Positions 32,670 through 51,379 of a stretch of 64,000 bases of DNA are shown piece after piece. Source of the stretch: the human T2T-CHM13v2.0 reference genome, Homo sapiens; assembly GCF_009914755.1 (NCBI RefSeq), contig NC_060935.1; one strand, 5' to 3'. The notes below the pieces were generated by a model. That model did no database searches and was not told the DNA's origin. It saw only the letters and a list, made by a program, of their open reading frames with translations. The position numbers and the translations under genes were made by a program. Position 1 is the stretch's first letter. Each line of letters starts with the position of its first letter.

Positions 32670-33480
32670 TGAATTTTTCAAAATATGTAATGAATCTTAA
32701 GCTGTTTTAGCCAAAAACAGTTTTTGCTTTGTAGGACTTATTTGCAAATTTCAGAGAAATAGCAGCAAATTCTTTCTGTAAGCATCAGAAAGAGTAAAAA
32801 CACAGGTTTTGCACCTCGTCAGAGTCAGGTTCAATCTAAGCTCAACTATTTAATATCTAGATGATGTTGTGCAAGCTATTTAACATCTCCGAGTCTTAGT
32901 TTCCTCATCTGTAGTAATGTGACTAAGGATCCCCACACTTCACAGGATTAGCCTGAGAATCAAATAAGATACATGAGAAGCACATTTCAGCCACTCTGTG
33001 TGTTCCTCTTTCCTTCTTGCTCCCATGTCACAGTGTATTTATTTCTACTACAGCATTAATCCTAATATAAAGTATGATCTAGCTATCTATTAGTATCTTT
33101 ACATACTCTTTATCTGTCTCTGTCATGAGATTGCGAACAGCTTGCAAACAGGGGAAGTATTTTAATCCATATTTGAGATCCCCTAAAACAATACCTGGCA
33201 CACAGTAGAACCCTTAGGAAACTGGATAAATGTGCCTACCATGTGTCCAGTCCTATGCTAGGTACTATATAAGGAATGAAAAAATGATCACAATAATATT
33301 GAACATAATAAATGCATAACAACAAACACATATAATTTACTTTGTGCTAGGCACTAAGCCCTTTAACTCTTTCCGTGCTCCCATATCACGCTTATAACTA
33401 CCTGATGAGTAGGTATTATTATACCTACATTTTTTATGAGAAAACTGGGGCACAGAAAGGTTAAGTAGCTTTCCCAAGTC

Positions 33481-33750
33481 CAAAAGAGGCAAATCCATAG
33501 AGAAAGAATGTAGATTATTGGTTGTCAGGGCCTAGGAAGAGGAGAGAATGAGAAGTGGCTGCTAATAGGTACAAAGTTTATTTTGAGGGTGATGAAAATA
33601 TTCTAAAATTAGATAGATGTGATATTTGCACAAGTCTGTGACTATACTAGAAACCTCTGAATTGTGTACTTTCAAAGGGGGATAAGGGTGGATTTTACAA
33701 TATATGAATTATATCTCAATAAAGCTATTTTATTAAAAAAGAAAAAAAAA
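33481..33750 (+). mobile_element. L1MB 3' end inserted in a MIR
   Basis: ggcaaatccatagag...ggtgatgaaaatattctaaaattag...gaattatatctcaataaagct. Confidence 0.8.
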
Positions 33751-34199
33751 ACCAACCTTGCCCAGGGGTCAGAGAGCTAGGAATTGGCAGACCCAGAATT
33801 CTGACCCTTAAAATCTGTGCTTTTAACCACTATTCTATACTGCACTATTCTATACTAAAAAGTTAAAATCTAGTACTATCTAGTTATTATTATTTACATA
33901 AATATAATACAGCTAGCTAGCTAGCTAGACAGATAGAAACACAGAGGCTATAGATACTGGAAAGAAAACAAGGCCTGGAATTGCAGATGTTCAATAATAT
34001 TTAGTTGAATTGAACTGAAAAATATGCCCATTTATTAATTTAATCCCTGACCTCAAGGCATTCAGTATAAAACATGGTCCAGACACACTAGCAAACTCGT
34101 CCTAATGTAAAGCTGGAAGGAAACATGCACTATGTAAAGATATTGCCCTAGGGAAACATCTGCCGTAAAGTAGTCTGGCAGGGATATTCAATATCACTG

Positions 34200-34922
<723 letters not shown>

Positions 34923-35036
34923 CAAAAAACAAACCCAGAATATGTGAATTCAAATCTGTACTCTACCACTTACATTTTGGCTATGTTATTTGAACTTTCT
35001 GGCCCTTGGTTTACTCATCTTTAAAATGGAGGTAGT

Positions 35037-35399
35037 GGCCAGGTATGGTGACTCATGCCTATAATCCTAGCACTTAGGGAGGCCGAGGTGGGCAGATTGC
35101 TTGAGCCCAGGAATTTGAGACCAGCCTGGGCAACATGGCAAAACCCTCTCTCTATAAAAAAATACAAAATTTAGCCCAGAGTTATGGTACATGCCTGTAG
35201 TCCCAGTTACTCAGGAGGCTGAGGCTGCAGTGAGCCATGATCACACCACTGTACTCCAGCCTGAGCAACAGAGTGAGACTCTCTCTCAAAAAATAAATAA
35301 AATAAAAAGAAGGTAGTGAGCAGGCCACTGTACTCCAGCCTGGGCAACAGAGTGAGACCCTCTCTCAAAAAATAAAACAAAATAAAAAAAAGGTAGTGA
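35037..35399 (+). mobile_element. AluJ with right-arm deletion and duplicated 3' end
   Basis: ggaggctgaggctgcagtg deletion junction; 35246-35319 repeated at 35325-35399. Confidence 0.85.
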
Positions 35400-35687
35400 C
35401 AACACTGTCCTTTCAGAGTTGTTATGATAGTTAAATGAAATATATAAACGCACCTGGCATAATACAACTGCTTTTGAGAAAAAAAACTGAATCTGGTGCT
35501 TGATTGAGAAATTCTAATTGAATTTCTATGTTGTCAAAAGCAAGAAAGGACATACATAGTGTTTGAGGGAAATTGTGCTTTAACTAGTTTAGAAAGAACA
35601 GTTAATTGTTTCTCTAGGGGAGAAAAAAACAATCCCAGACTTCTGTCTGTACAACACTTTATTTGTATGTCCAAAATAACCTCCCTG

Positions 35688-36015
35688 TGAGGTGCAGTGG
35701 CTCACATCTGTAATCCCAACACTTGGGAGGCCAAAGCAGGTGGATCACTTGAGTCCAGGAGTTCAAGACCAGCCTGAGCAACATGGCAAGACCCCTGTCT
35801 ATACAAAAATACAAAAAATTAACCGAGCATGGTGGTGTGCTCCTGTAGTCCCAGCTACTCAGAAGGGTGAGGTAGGAAGATCACCTGAACCCAGGAGGTT
35901 GAGGCTACAGTGAGCCATGATTACAGTACTGCATTCCAGCCTGTGTGACAGAGTGAGACTCTGCCATCCATCCATCCATCCATCCATCCATCCATCCATC
36001 CATCCATCCATCCAT
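35688..36015 (+). mobile_element. AluJ with (CCAT)13 in place of poly(A)
   Basis: Alu body followed directly by (ccat)n at 35964-36015. Confidence 0.85.
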
Positions 36016-36362
36016 CACCTGTACACTACTACATTTGATCTTCACAAGGGTCCAGGAAAGCAAAGATCCTTATCAAAGAAAGATTAACACAAGCCCCCAA
36101 AGCTTAATCTACACCTACCCATGGACCAGTGGGAAGAGAACAGTGTCCTTTTAAAGCAATGGAAAGGAAAAGTACTTAACCTATCAGTAGCTCCCCACAA
36201 CCACCTCAAGGAGTGATAGAGGTGCCATAATTTGTTCTGCCCCAAAATAGCTCCCTCTGGCCCATTTATAGTGCCTAAGATTCCTTCATTAAGATACTCA
36301 CTCCAGGAAGGGATAATACAGCATCAACAATTAACACATAAGTTCTTATAAACCAATGAAAC

Positions 36363-36668
36363 GGCCAGGCACAGTGGCTCACGCCTGTAAGCCCAGCACT
36401 TTAGGAGGCCAAGGCAGGCAGATCACCTGAGGACATGAGTTCAAGACCAGCCTGACCAATACGGTGAAGCTCCATCTCTGCCAAAAATACAAAATTAGTC
36501 GGGTGTGGTGGCAGATGCCTGTAATCCAAGCTACTCCGGAGGCTGAGGCAGGAGATCACCTGAACCCGAGAGGCAGAGGTTGCAGTGAGCCGAGATTGTG
36601 CCATTGCACTCTAGCTGCGGTAACAAGAGCAAAACTCTGTCTCAAAAAAAAAAAAAAAAAGAAAAGAA
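36363..36668 (+). mobile_element. AluS (Sp/Sq-like)
   Basis: ccattgcactc and aacaagagc diagnostics. Confidence 0.85.
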
Positions 36669-36963
36669 ACAACTATCTATTAATTAATTTTAAAAGGAAA
36701 AGAAAAAGTACCATTACCAATCTATCTCATTAACAACAACAAAAAAATTTCTAGGGGAGATATAAAAAAAACTATAATCATTCATAATATATAAATTATA
36801 AAATCCCATGACCTAACATAGGGGCTCAATTGAACTGGCGCTAATCAAGAATAGAAATGTCATAGAAAGAATGAGGTTGAGGAAACACTTCTCACAGGAC
36901 AAGTATCATGAAAGAGGTAACATTTTGGCTCAGTCTTAAGGGTCTTAAGAATCAGAATCTTCT

Positions 36964-37255
<292 letters not shown>

Positions 37256-38236
37256 TCAGAATCATCTTAGAAAACTCCTCAAAGGCATTAAGATTTCTGG
37301 CTCTTTGGGGGAACATCTGGGAGCTCTATAAAATGAACTTAGAATATAATATAAAAGGCTTGTAGTCAAAAGACCTAAATGTGTCCTGGCTCTGTCCTTT
37401 ATTAGCTGTGTTACCTCATGAAAGTTACTTAACCTCTCTGGTTTCAATTTTTTCATTTGTAAAATGGAGAATAAAACCACTTACTTTACTGGATTGTCAA
37501 AATAATTAAATGAGAGAAATTGTTGAGGAAGTGCCTGATAAACTGAGATTGTTAACAACACTTAACTCTAAATGAATATCCTTGGGACTAATACCCCTCC
37601 ATCCCTATACTATGATAGAATCAAGTTTAAGTAATTTTCTACTGTTAAATTATTGCTGGAACTGAATGCTGTTACATTTCTAATAATTATACTTCAAACT
37701 AAGCCCAATTAAAGTTTACTTTTAAATGTAGAGTCCTTACCTCCTTCTCTAGGTTTCTGCAGAACTTCATGTTAAACTTCTAATATATATATTTTTTCCA
37801 TGTCCACCTCTTCTCATAGATTTTGAGTGTCTCTAGGCAGAGTGTCTCATGGGCAATTCACTTCTAATTCAGTGCCTAGCAGGAAACGTCTGTTGTGTTG
37901 TCTACAAATGAGTCAATGGACCTCTGGTACTTTAAAGAATGTCTGCATGTTAGAAAACCCCTCATTCATTCATCCAAAAATATTTATTATGCACTTTCTA
38001 TGTGCCTGCTCAATCTTACAGAAGCAGCAATAAACAAAAGAGACATTATCCCTGCCTTCATGGAGTTTACTATCTAGTGGGAAAGACATATATGAATCAA
38101 ATAATTTCAAGTATACTAATAAATTATTTTTTAAAATGCAGATTGCTATGGGAGCTTACAGTAGACAAGAGCATGTAGTAACCAAAAATTTGTAGCTGTA
38201 ATTACGGCATTTGCGAGACCACTGATTCTACATACT

Positions 38237-38465
38237 TGCAGTGGCACAATCACAGCTCACTATAACTTCGAACTCCTGGGCCCAAGCAATCCTCCCACCT
38301 CAGCCTCCCGAGTAGCTAGGACGACATGTGTGCATCACCACACTCAGCTAATTTTTAAATTTTTTGTAGAGACATTGTCATGTTGTTCACACTGGTCTTA
38401 AATGATCCTCTCACCTCGGCCTCCCAAAGTGCTGGGGTTACAGGTGTAAACCACCACACCCAGCC
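38237..38465 (-). mobile_element. AluJ, partial
   Basis: Alu lacking its 3' end, flanked by the repeat tctacatactt. Confidence 0.8.
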
Positions 38466-39427
38466 TCTACATACTTTTTAAAAAGTAACTGAGTAGTAAA
38501 TCATCTCCCCCATCCCAATTTCCACCCCCCTTCCCCTCATGCAGCTAGTCGAGAATCCAGATTACCTGACTGCTAGAAGCTATTTGCTCTTTTTACTATT
38601 CCAATTCATAGATTTCTAAGTCCAACAGAAAAAGATTCTATATTATTAACAGTGAAAGGGTACTGTTTCGGCGGGGGCGGGGGGTGGTTAATACATGACG
38701 TGGTGGATTGTGATTGTCCATTAGTTCTTCGGAAGGTACACTCCTAACATGCAGAAATAAATACTTCTGTCTCTTAAGAGGATCAGGGAAAAACAATAAC
38801 TCAGAAGTGTCTTTTATACTATACAACCTTGTTTATACTATACGACCTTGGCTCAGGAATACCAATTACTTTTTGAAATACCCAATATGACCTTCAGTGT
38901 TTTTTAACACGAAGGCAGATACTGTAGCTTTTTAACATAAAATAGGAAGCATTTGCCATTCATACAAGGGTCAATTACAGAAGCAGAAGATTTGAAACCA
39001 GTCCTTTCAGCGTTATGTCACAACTCAATAGCAAATGTCTATTCAAAAAAAAAGGAGTGGGGACTGTCAATGATTCCACTTACTGCCTTGCAGGCAGGAG
39101 CAAAGGCAATCTGGTTCACTACTGCATTCTCAGTGTCTAACACAGTGTCCAGGTCTTGACACATACTAGTACTTGTTGAAAGCCTGAAAGAATGAAGAAA
39201 CTACATTTTTAAACAGGTTTTCTTTTTCTATCACTAGTAAGTGACAGAACCAAGCTCTGAACTCCTGACTTTTACACCGTAGTGGTGACTATCCAGGGAT
39301 ATTAGAGAGTAGTATATAGGCCTATAACCAGGCTGAATCAATCTCCCAGGGAAGATATGCAGTACCCAGCTAGGAATAATCTCTTGCAACAGATTGTATT
39401 TTCCAAAGATGGTCACAATAACATCTC

Positions 39428-40253
<826 letters not shown>

Positions 40254-40966
40254 ATCTCCCATCCCACATGCTCTACCACAATGTGATCTTGCCACAACTC
40301 CATCAAGAGGTAGATACTATTTCTCCTCCCCTTGAATCTGGGTGGGTCTGATCTTATGAATACCATTAGAATGCAGCTTTTGCCTGGTTTTCATGGGATG
40401 CTTCCTAGGAAGGAACCATGAAAAAAAATGTAAGGGTCTCCTTCATTCATTCAGGCTTTCAACAAATATTTGTTATGAGTTCCTACCATGTGTCAGGCCC
40501 CAGACATTGTGTTAGGCACTGAGAATGCAATTATGCATTACTCAGCCACTGCCCCATCCTCAGAGTTTACACTCTAGAGGAGGAAAGAGATGAAGGACAA
40601 GTGGGACAGACTAATACATCCTATAATTACAACATGTAACAGAAGCTTATAAAGAAGCAAAAAGAGATTTGCTTGAGGATGGCAAGTCAAGAAAGGGCAT
40701 TCCAAGGCAGTGACAATTAAACAAGCCATAACAGAGGAGTAGTTAGCCATGATGGAGAGAGGAACAGGCAAATATTTTAGGAAAAAGAACAGCATGAGCA
40801 AAGTCACTGAAGGAGAAAAAAGCTTGACAGGCTCTCAGAGGAGCTGAGAGATGATGAGGATAGCTGGAACACAGAGAACAAGGGAGAGAGCAGCACAAAG
40901 ACCAGAGCATGTATGTGTGTGTGTGTGTGCGTGTGCGTTTGTGTGTGTATACATATATATATGTAT

Positions 40967-41090
40967 ATTTTTTTTTTCAAGAGATAGGGTCTCACTATGT
41001 TGCCCAGACTGGTCTCAAACTCCTGGGCTCAAGTAATTCTCCCACCTCAAACTCCTGAGTAGCTGAGACTACAGGTAGTGACTCTGCCCA
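40967..41090 (-). mobile_element. FLAM with adjacent (GT)/(TA) repeat
   Basis: Single Alu arm; microsatellite at 40910-40965. Confidence 0.75.
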
Positions 41091-41166
41091 GTACATAGAT
41101 TTTTGAAGCAATATTGTTGGGTTAATCACAGGTCAAGAAGTGTAGCATATCAGATTCACCTCTTAA

Positions 41167-41482
<316 letters not shown>

Positions 41483-43452
41483 TAATTTTATTATTGTTTT
41501 AAAGCTAGCTTTATATAATTTCAGATATAAAACAAAATAACTCAAGTAATAAATGCTGGTACTGAATACTGTATAACTAGATGTAGTCACATAGAAAGCA
41601 CATTATGCAAAAATGGGACTGTTTCCAAGACAAAGGAACATATGGTTTGAAGGCCTTCCTGTAATTAACCTCTTTAGAATTTCAGGGCACAGAAAGACAG
41701 GGCTGACTTTCTCATTGCCTCATTAATGGTGCATTACATAAATCACACCTGATTCGACCTAATTTTGTTAGCAGTCATCTCAAAATGTTTCACTGAAATT
41801 ATAATCCTTGAATGAAAAGGATAATCAATGCTGTCACCAAAGGATGCCCTGTCTAAAATGAAACTCAGCCCCTTTATATATTCAGAACATCAATGAGGCT
41901 CCCTACATAACCTGTCCAATGGCTTTGTTCCTCTCTTATCAGGTGTCAAGCCATTCAAAAAAAAAAAAGATGTGGTTATATATTATTTTAAACCACTGTC
42001 AAACATCTGTTCAATCCCCCAAAGAAAATGGAAATAAGCAGCTAAAAAAAAAAACAGTACTGGTAACGGGTTCCAGGAAACCACCTCACAAGACCAGGGA
42101 CCTTCCAACAAACACTACCTTAAAGTGTTTTGATCTAGAAAACTGTCTTTTACATTTGTTGAAACCAGTAGGTTCCAAGTGATAAATGAGCTGATAAAGT
42201 TTCATTGTGATAAAATAGTTTCAGGAAATATATGTGCTATCATTTTAATAAGACTGATTATAGCCTTATAATTTGACAGGATTGGTAGGTTGTTCTGCAT
42301 GTGCGACCTAGCCTATGAATGTTGATTATCTCAGTAAGTGCCACAGTCCTTTCCAGTTAGCCCCATAAAAGAAATCTTTTGGCCCCCTCTCCAGGGAAGC
42401 CTGAATAACAGGACACACACCCTATACTACTATTGTGTGTACTATTGTTGCAACTGAAGGGACTGTTCCTCAGGGACAAGAGAGCTGAGACACAACCTAC
42501 CCTACTACCCTACCCACCCTCTCATCATGGGCACTTGACCAAGCTGAGGGGCCCCCTCTTCCATTCCACTGAGCCCAAGGGTGGAAGGAGATTAGAAAAA
42601 AAAAACAAAAAAAGAAGAAGAAAACTCTGCTCTTCTTTTTTGTTCATATCTAGTTAGAACTTTTGCTCTGGTGGAGATGGAGAGGTAGGGGATAACTGCT
42701 CCTAATTTCCTCTTTAGAACTAGGAATTAGTCTTTACCTGGATAAAACAACCACAGATTATCTTCACTAAGCAAAGAAAACACAGGGAGCTTGCAGCTAA
42801 TGTCTGAGAAGAAGAATGCTTTAATGGTAATAACAACGGGGAAGGGGACAATCTAGTATTTGATGTAAACCACCAGGATACTGACTCATCCTGAGGCCCT
42901 CATTCTGGGCTTGAAGCTGTTAGTTGGCAAATGAGGGCAAAGAATGATTCCCCAGCACTAGACAATGGGACTCCTCACTGAGAATAAAACTGTCACACAT
43001 GATGGATGAGTGACAAATTATTTACAGAAGTAACCCAAAAGACTACATGAGGCACAGCAAATTTGGGAACAGTAGAGTTCAACAAAGGTGTTAAGGAGGG
43101 AATTCTCAAGGAAGTTGAAACTGTACCCTAGAAAAGAAGATATCCTACTTTACTAAAAGGAGGAAAAAAACCAAGGAAAGTAATGGAGCATAGCTTGCAC
43201 TCAAGTTCTCTGACTTCTAAACTCTGGCTGTGACTTCCCTCTTACCACAGGGGTATTTTGTCAGGGGCCAGCAATCAACTTTTAAATTGAAGAGCATGGA
43301 TCTATGTAATTCCTATAAAGGGGTATCTCTAGTCCACCAAAAAAAAAAAAAAATGGACATGGCTGCAGAACTGACATTTTGGAAAGCAATTTTATGTTAA
43401 TTTATTAACACAGAATCAGCTACTCAGGAACCGGGGTCATCAGGACTCTGGG

Positions 43453-44222
<770 letters not shown>

Positions 44223-44454
44223 TCATGTGAACATCACCAGCAAACACTCCAAAGAAGGTTTCTGCTTTCTCTAGAGCAGAAAGGGCAATGGTGAGAGTCA
44301 GAGAGTCAGAGCCAGAACTGGAGTTTCAGCTTCTCTAGTAACTCATTCTAAAAACCTTTGGTCCCCTAATTCTACAGGCCTTATTTCCATGTATGGTAAT
44401 AACGCTTTACTTCATATGTTTTTGGGGAGAAGGAAGGCATAATGATCATTTATA

Positions 44455-46440
<1,986 letters not shown>

Positions 46441-47964
46441 TTTTTTAAACTGGGGAAAGGGACGTTCAAATGTCTATGGGTCAGTTTCTCAGCAATACAT
46501 CCTCCAGTCTCCTATCTGAGGAGATTAAGTTTGACTACCTATATCTGGGAACTAAGAACTGAATGAAGACCTTCACTAAATCCCTGTTTTGGGAATGTCA
46601 CCTCTCAGCTGAGTCTAGCATCCCCAAGTACAGGTCCTGCCTGATTTTATTTCTCCAGAAAATAAACCTCCAAAGTTCTGCTGAGAAAGGATGTGGGAGT
46701 TTAATTGTTCCTTATATAACCTTTGAACTAATCCTCCTCTTTTCACAGCTCTACCTCTCAACATTTGAGAACCTCTAATACCTAGGCTAGGGTCTGTACC
46801 ACAAAATGACTGTTGATACTGACATTCCTCTGCAGCCTAAGTTTTCTGCTTTCTGCAACTTGCTAAATTGTTCACAACCTGCACCTCTTTTCCATCTTCC
46901 AAAATCTTGTTCCCTCTCATTTACTATTATCTCCTCTCCTATCTTCTTAGCCCTTGCGAAATACCAGTTCTGTTCCATTTCAATGTTTTTGAAAAGATAT
47001 AAGATGTACATGTTCAAATTACCTTATTTTAATTGCAAGCCCCCTCATGAAGTTCTTGAAAGGACAAAAGACATAAAGAATATGAAAGTTTCTTGGAAAA
47101 CTCAGAAAATAAATTTTAACTGGTAGTGTTAACAGGGGTAGTAGTATGCTGTTTTTTTGAACAGTTAGCCTAGTATAAAGGACTATTTTCTTTGGTGCTC
47201 TAGGGATGCACAAAGTTTCATAAATAAAAATCAAAAATATTTGCACCATGTATATCAAAAGAATTAATACTCTTAACATACAAAGAGTCTCCACAAAAGT
47301 GATGAGAGATGAAGAACCCAGTATAAAATGTATAATAAATGACACAAAATTCACAGAACTATAAATGGCCAATAAATATTTAAAAAATTAACTTCACTAG
47401 TAACTAGGGAGATAAAAATTAAAACAATGAGATATTTTTCTTTCAATGGGTTGGCAAAAATTATAGAGTGATAATATCTAATGTTGGCAGGGTGTGCAAG
47501 GTGTGACGATGTTCCTAGTGAAAATCAGAAACCTAAAAATAAAAGGGCTTTCTTGTGCCTGAGTTCTAATTCTAACCCTGCCTTTGACTCGATAGGTGTC
47601 TCTGAATTAAGTCACCTCTTCTCTGGGCCTCAGTTTCCTCATCAGCTAAAAACAATAACAAAAATCATTAAGAGTAGCTAACTTGCTTATCTTATAGAAG
47701 TATTATGAAGAAAAAATGCAACACTGGCCATGAAAGGACTTTGAAAACATCATAGCTCAATATAATCTTGCAGCATTTATGAGAAGGAAAACCGGTGAAT
47801 ATTCTTGAAAACAAATCGCTTATTGTTGGCTAAACATCTTGTGAAATAAACAACTAATTTCCCCAAAGAACTACAGGAAGAAAGTTAAAAGGAAGAAAGC
47901 TAGGTTCACCATATGACTTTAAACAAATCCTCTAATCTCTGTGTTTTGGCTTTTGAAGATCTCT

Positions 47965-48030
47965 CCACTGCACTCCAGCCTAGCGACAGAGCAAGACTCC
48001 ATCTCAAAAAAAAAAAAAAAAAAAAAAAAA
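47965..48030 (+). mobile_element. Alu 3' terminal fragment (~41 bp) plus A25
   Basis: ccactgcactccagcctagcgacagagcaagactccatctc(A)25. Confidence 0.85.
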
Positions 48031-49326
48031 CGGAGAGAAATGAAACAAACTGAAACAGTTGGAATTCAAACTTGCCAGAGTCTCTGGCTTGAAAAGACTA
48101 AGTAGATCACAGGTTAGCTTTGCGGGGACATCTAGCTTCTGGCCCACAAATATTTTTTACTGGCCAGCCCTCCTTTGTGGTTTGGTATAAAGAAATAGCA
48201 AAACTAACAGCATGATCACACCTCCTTAAAGGACCATAACAAACACTCCTTAATCTTGTGTACTGACCAGACCCAGAAATACAAAGTATTGGAGGTTTTG
48301 AACTGCAACTCAGCCTTTCTCATCCACTAACAGCAGAAATAGGACTAAAAGTTTGGAAGGAAACTCATGGGGAAACGACTCCATGGTTCCATCTAGATAC
48401 ATGAATACCAGCAGACCACATAAAACTGCCCCTAAAGGAAATGACAAGAGCACCCCACTGAAAGAATTAATCAATGAGTATGTATTAAGCCCTGACCCAT
48501 CCCACAGGAAATAACTACCTTTAATGATCTCTTTCTTTAGGTCTTCTAAAAACAATGGGTCATAATCACTTATTGAGCACTAGCATATGCAAAGTCTATG
48601 TACCAAACATGCCAGTAGACATTTCCATTTAAATTAGCCAATTTATTTCTCAAACCAAACCTATTGTTGAGGAATTATCACATCCATTTTACAGATAAAT
48701 TGAAGTTCATGGAAATTAACAGACATGCAAAACCATGGATTGCTATTGTCATTATTATCATTATTCTCATTTTAATGAGAAAACTGAGGCTCAGAAGGGA
48801 TAAATAACTATTAAGTTATTAAGTAGCAGAAGGGGGTTTTGCCCAGGTGGGTTCTAGAAAAGCTCATACTAATACCACTACACCACCTTTCCTGTTCTAT
48901 GCTAAATGACAAAACGAAAAAAAAAAGACTTCAACTTATATAGAGTATGCAGTTAAAAATAAGTGACACATACAGGCTCTTTCAGCTCCTACCAAAGAAT
49001 AAATGTCATCACTTCTGAAAAGCAGTTAGGCAGCAGTGTTCACAGCCAGGAAAACCAAAGAGGAAGGTGACTATCCTAAGATTCCCTCAATAATGATAGT
49101 ACCAAAAGAAACTAAGGAAAGATGACATTGATCCAAGGACTTCTCACTCTCATCATGAGAGCACACCTTCATGTCAGCCAGTCTCTGTAGCCATGCAGTG
49201 GATAATCACAAAATAAACAGCTAAATAATTTGATTAGCAAATCCTGACATTACTGGCCTCATCCAATACTTTTGATGAAAACTGTCTCCTAGAACAGAAT
49301 CTCTCCCAGGCCATGTGCAATACTCT

Positions 49327-49849
49327 TGTCAGAGGCGTTCGAACCAGAGCGACTCCATTTTGAATGAGGGCTAGGAAAATGAGGCTGAGACTTGCTAGGC
49401 TGCATTCTCAGAAAGTCAGGCATTCCTAGCCTCCAGATGTTTACGGTTAAGGGAACAAATTAATAATGTTTACTAAACAGACCCACACTTGGGAGTGTAC
49501 AGATATCCCAATATCCGGAAAACAAAGTAGCATTCCTAATTTTGCTTTAAAGATAATAGTATCAATTCGTGAAAAATATAGTAATTAAGAAAATTAATCC
49601 TTTATCACAAACCCTTGTAGCAGAACACATCTCCTCATATATATAAATATTGTACCTAGAGTGGATGTGTTCCTCCTCTTACTTTCAGGAATGTCCTATT
49701 CTGTCTATGCAGTAGCTGTCCTTTCACCACTTTACTTCCTTAATAAACTTGCTTTCACTTTGCACTTAGGACTCGCCCTGAATTCTTTCTTGCGTGAGAT
49801 CCAAGAACCGTCTCTTGGGGTCTGGAACCTGGACCTCTGTCCTGTAACA
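49327..49849 (+). mobile_element. MER41 solo LTR (ERV1; C/D-like)
   Basis: tgtcagaggcgttcgaaccagagcgactccattttg ... gaattctttcttgcgtgagatccaagaacc...tgtaaca; 4-bp TSD ctct. Confidence 0.92.
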
Positions 49850-50922
49850 CTCTGACCCTGCAAGTAATGAGACCAGGGTCCCCACTTGTGCCTGGATGAT
49901 GACCTGGGAAAGGCATAACTGACTCCCAATCCTAAATACTTTACTGAGAGTCTTTGTGTCTGTTGGCCCAGGAGCAACAACATCAGCCTCATAAATTTTG
50001 CTTCCTAATAATAATTAAGTGGTCTACCTAACTTCAGCCCCCAAAAAAGGAAAGAAACCTGCCAGAGCAAGAAAAGAGACGCTTAATATTGCAGGGAATA
50101 CATCTGCATTCTTTTGTGAGCTGCTAGTGTGGGATTTAAAAAAAAAAGTACCCTGCTGCTAGGTAGCAACTGTTTCACAAATCAGGTGTCTGAAGCTCAA
50201 GCTCTAACTGGCTTATTTAAAAGGTCGATTATTACCAAACATTATCACTGCAGCTTGCAAGTGCTGCTATTGTGCATTGTTGTTGCTTGCCCAGCCCCCC
50301 AAACAGCTAGGAAGAGAAATCACTTCCACAGATTTCTACTGCTATCAGCTAGCAAAAACTCTATGCTTGCCTTCATAAGCTGGGAGAAAGGAAGGTGTTG
50401 CCTGTTCAAATTTTAGAACAGCCAAACCTGGGCTCATGTCCTAGCTTTGCCTCTTACTTTCTGTATAACTTTGCATAAGTCTCTCAACCTTTCTGAGCCT
50501 CAGTTTCACCATCTGTAAAATGGATTTTAAAAATGGGCTCCAGAAATGAAATAAACTATTGTAAATGACAGATAATGTTTGTCTCTTTGCCCTTCTGAGG
50601 AGTACACTATGTGCAAAGCACCTACCCTAGATTTCAGATGGTCACCCTTTAGGAAAGAGGATATGTTTAATCTCAGAGTATATTAATATCAACAATAGAA
50701 TGTTCTCCTTACCTTCTCTCTAGCATCTAACACAAGCTATGCACATGACAGGCACAAGAAAAATGACATTCAATAAAGCTTTAACTTACGTTAAGAACAG
50801 AGCTTCTAGGGAGGATGCCTATTCCAGTGGTCCCAATCCATTCCAAGAAGAATCAGAATTAAGCCAACCTAGAGAAACACCTAACTTTCCCTATCTTCAA
50901 GAGACATTCCTTCATTCAAACA

Positions 50923-51223
50923 ACTTTTTCTTCTTTTTTTTTTTTTTTTGGAGACGCAGTCTTGCTCTGTTGACCAGGCTGAGAGCAATCGCAGCTCACT
51001 GAAACCTCCACCTCCTGGGTTCAAGCAATTCTTCTGCCTCAGTCTCCAGAGTAGCTGGGATTACAGGCGCCCGGCACCACACCCAGCTAATTTTTGTATT
51101 TTTAGTAGAGACAGGGTTTCACCATGTTTGTCAGGCTGGTATCGAATTCCTGACCTCAGGTGATACATCCACCTCAGCCTCCCAAAGTGCCAGGATTACA
51201 GGCATGAGCCACCACACCTGGCC
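50923..51223 (-). mobile_element. AluS
   Basis: Full dimer. Confidence 0.9.
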
Positions 51224-51379
51224 CAAACAGTAATTAATGATCAACTTTTTAGTGCCAAAGTCACTTCTGGGACAATGCAGATATGGAGACAAATCAGACT
51301 GTTCCAGACACTACCAAGTTCATGGTGCAATAAGGAAGACATATCAAAAACAGACAATTATAATACAGAAGTTAAATTA

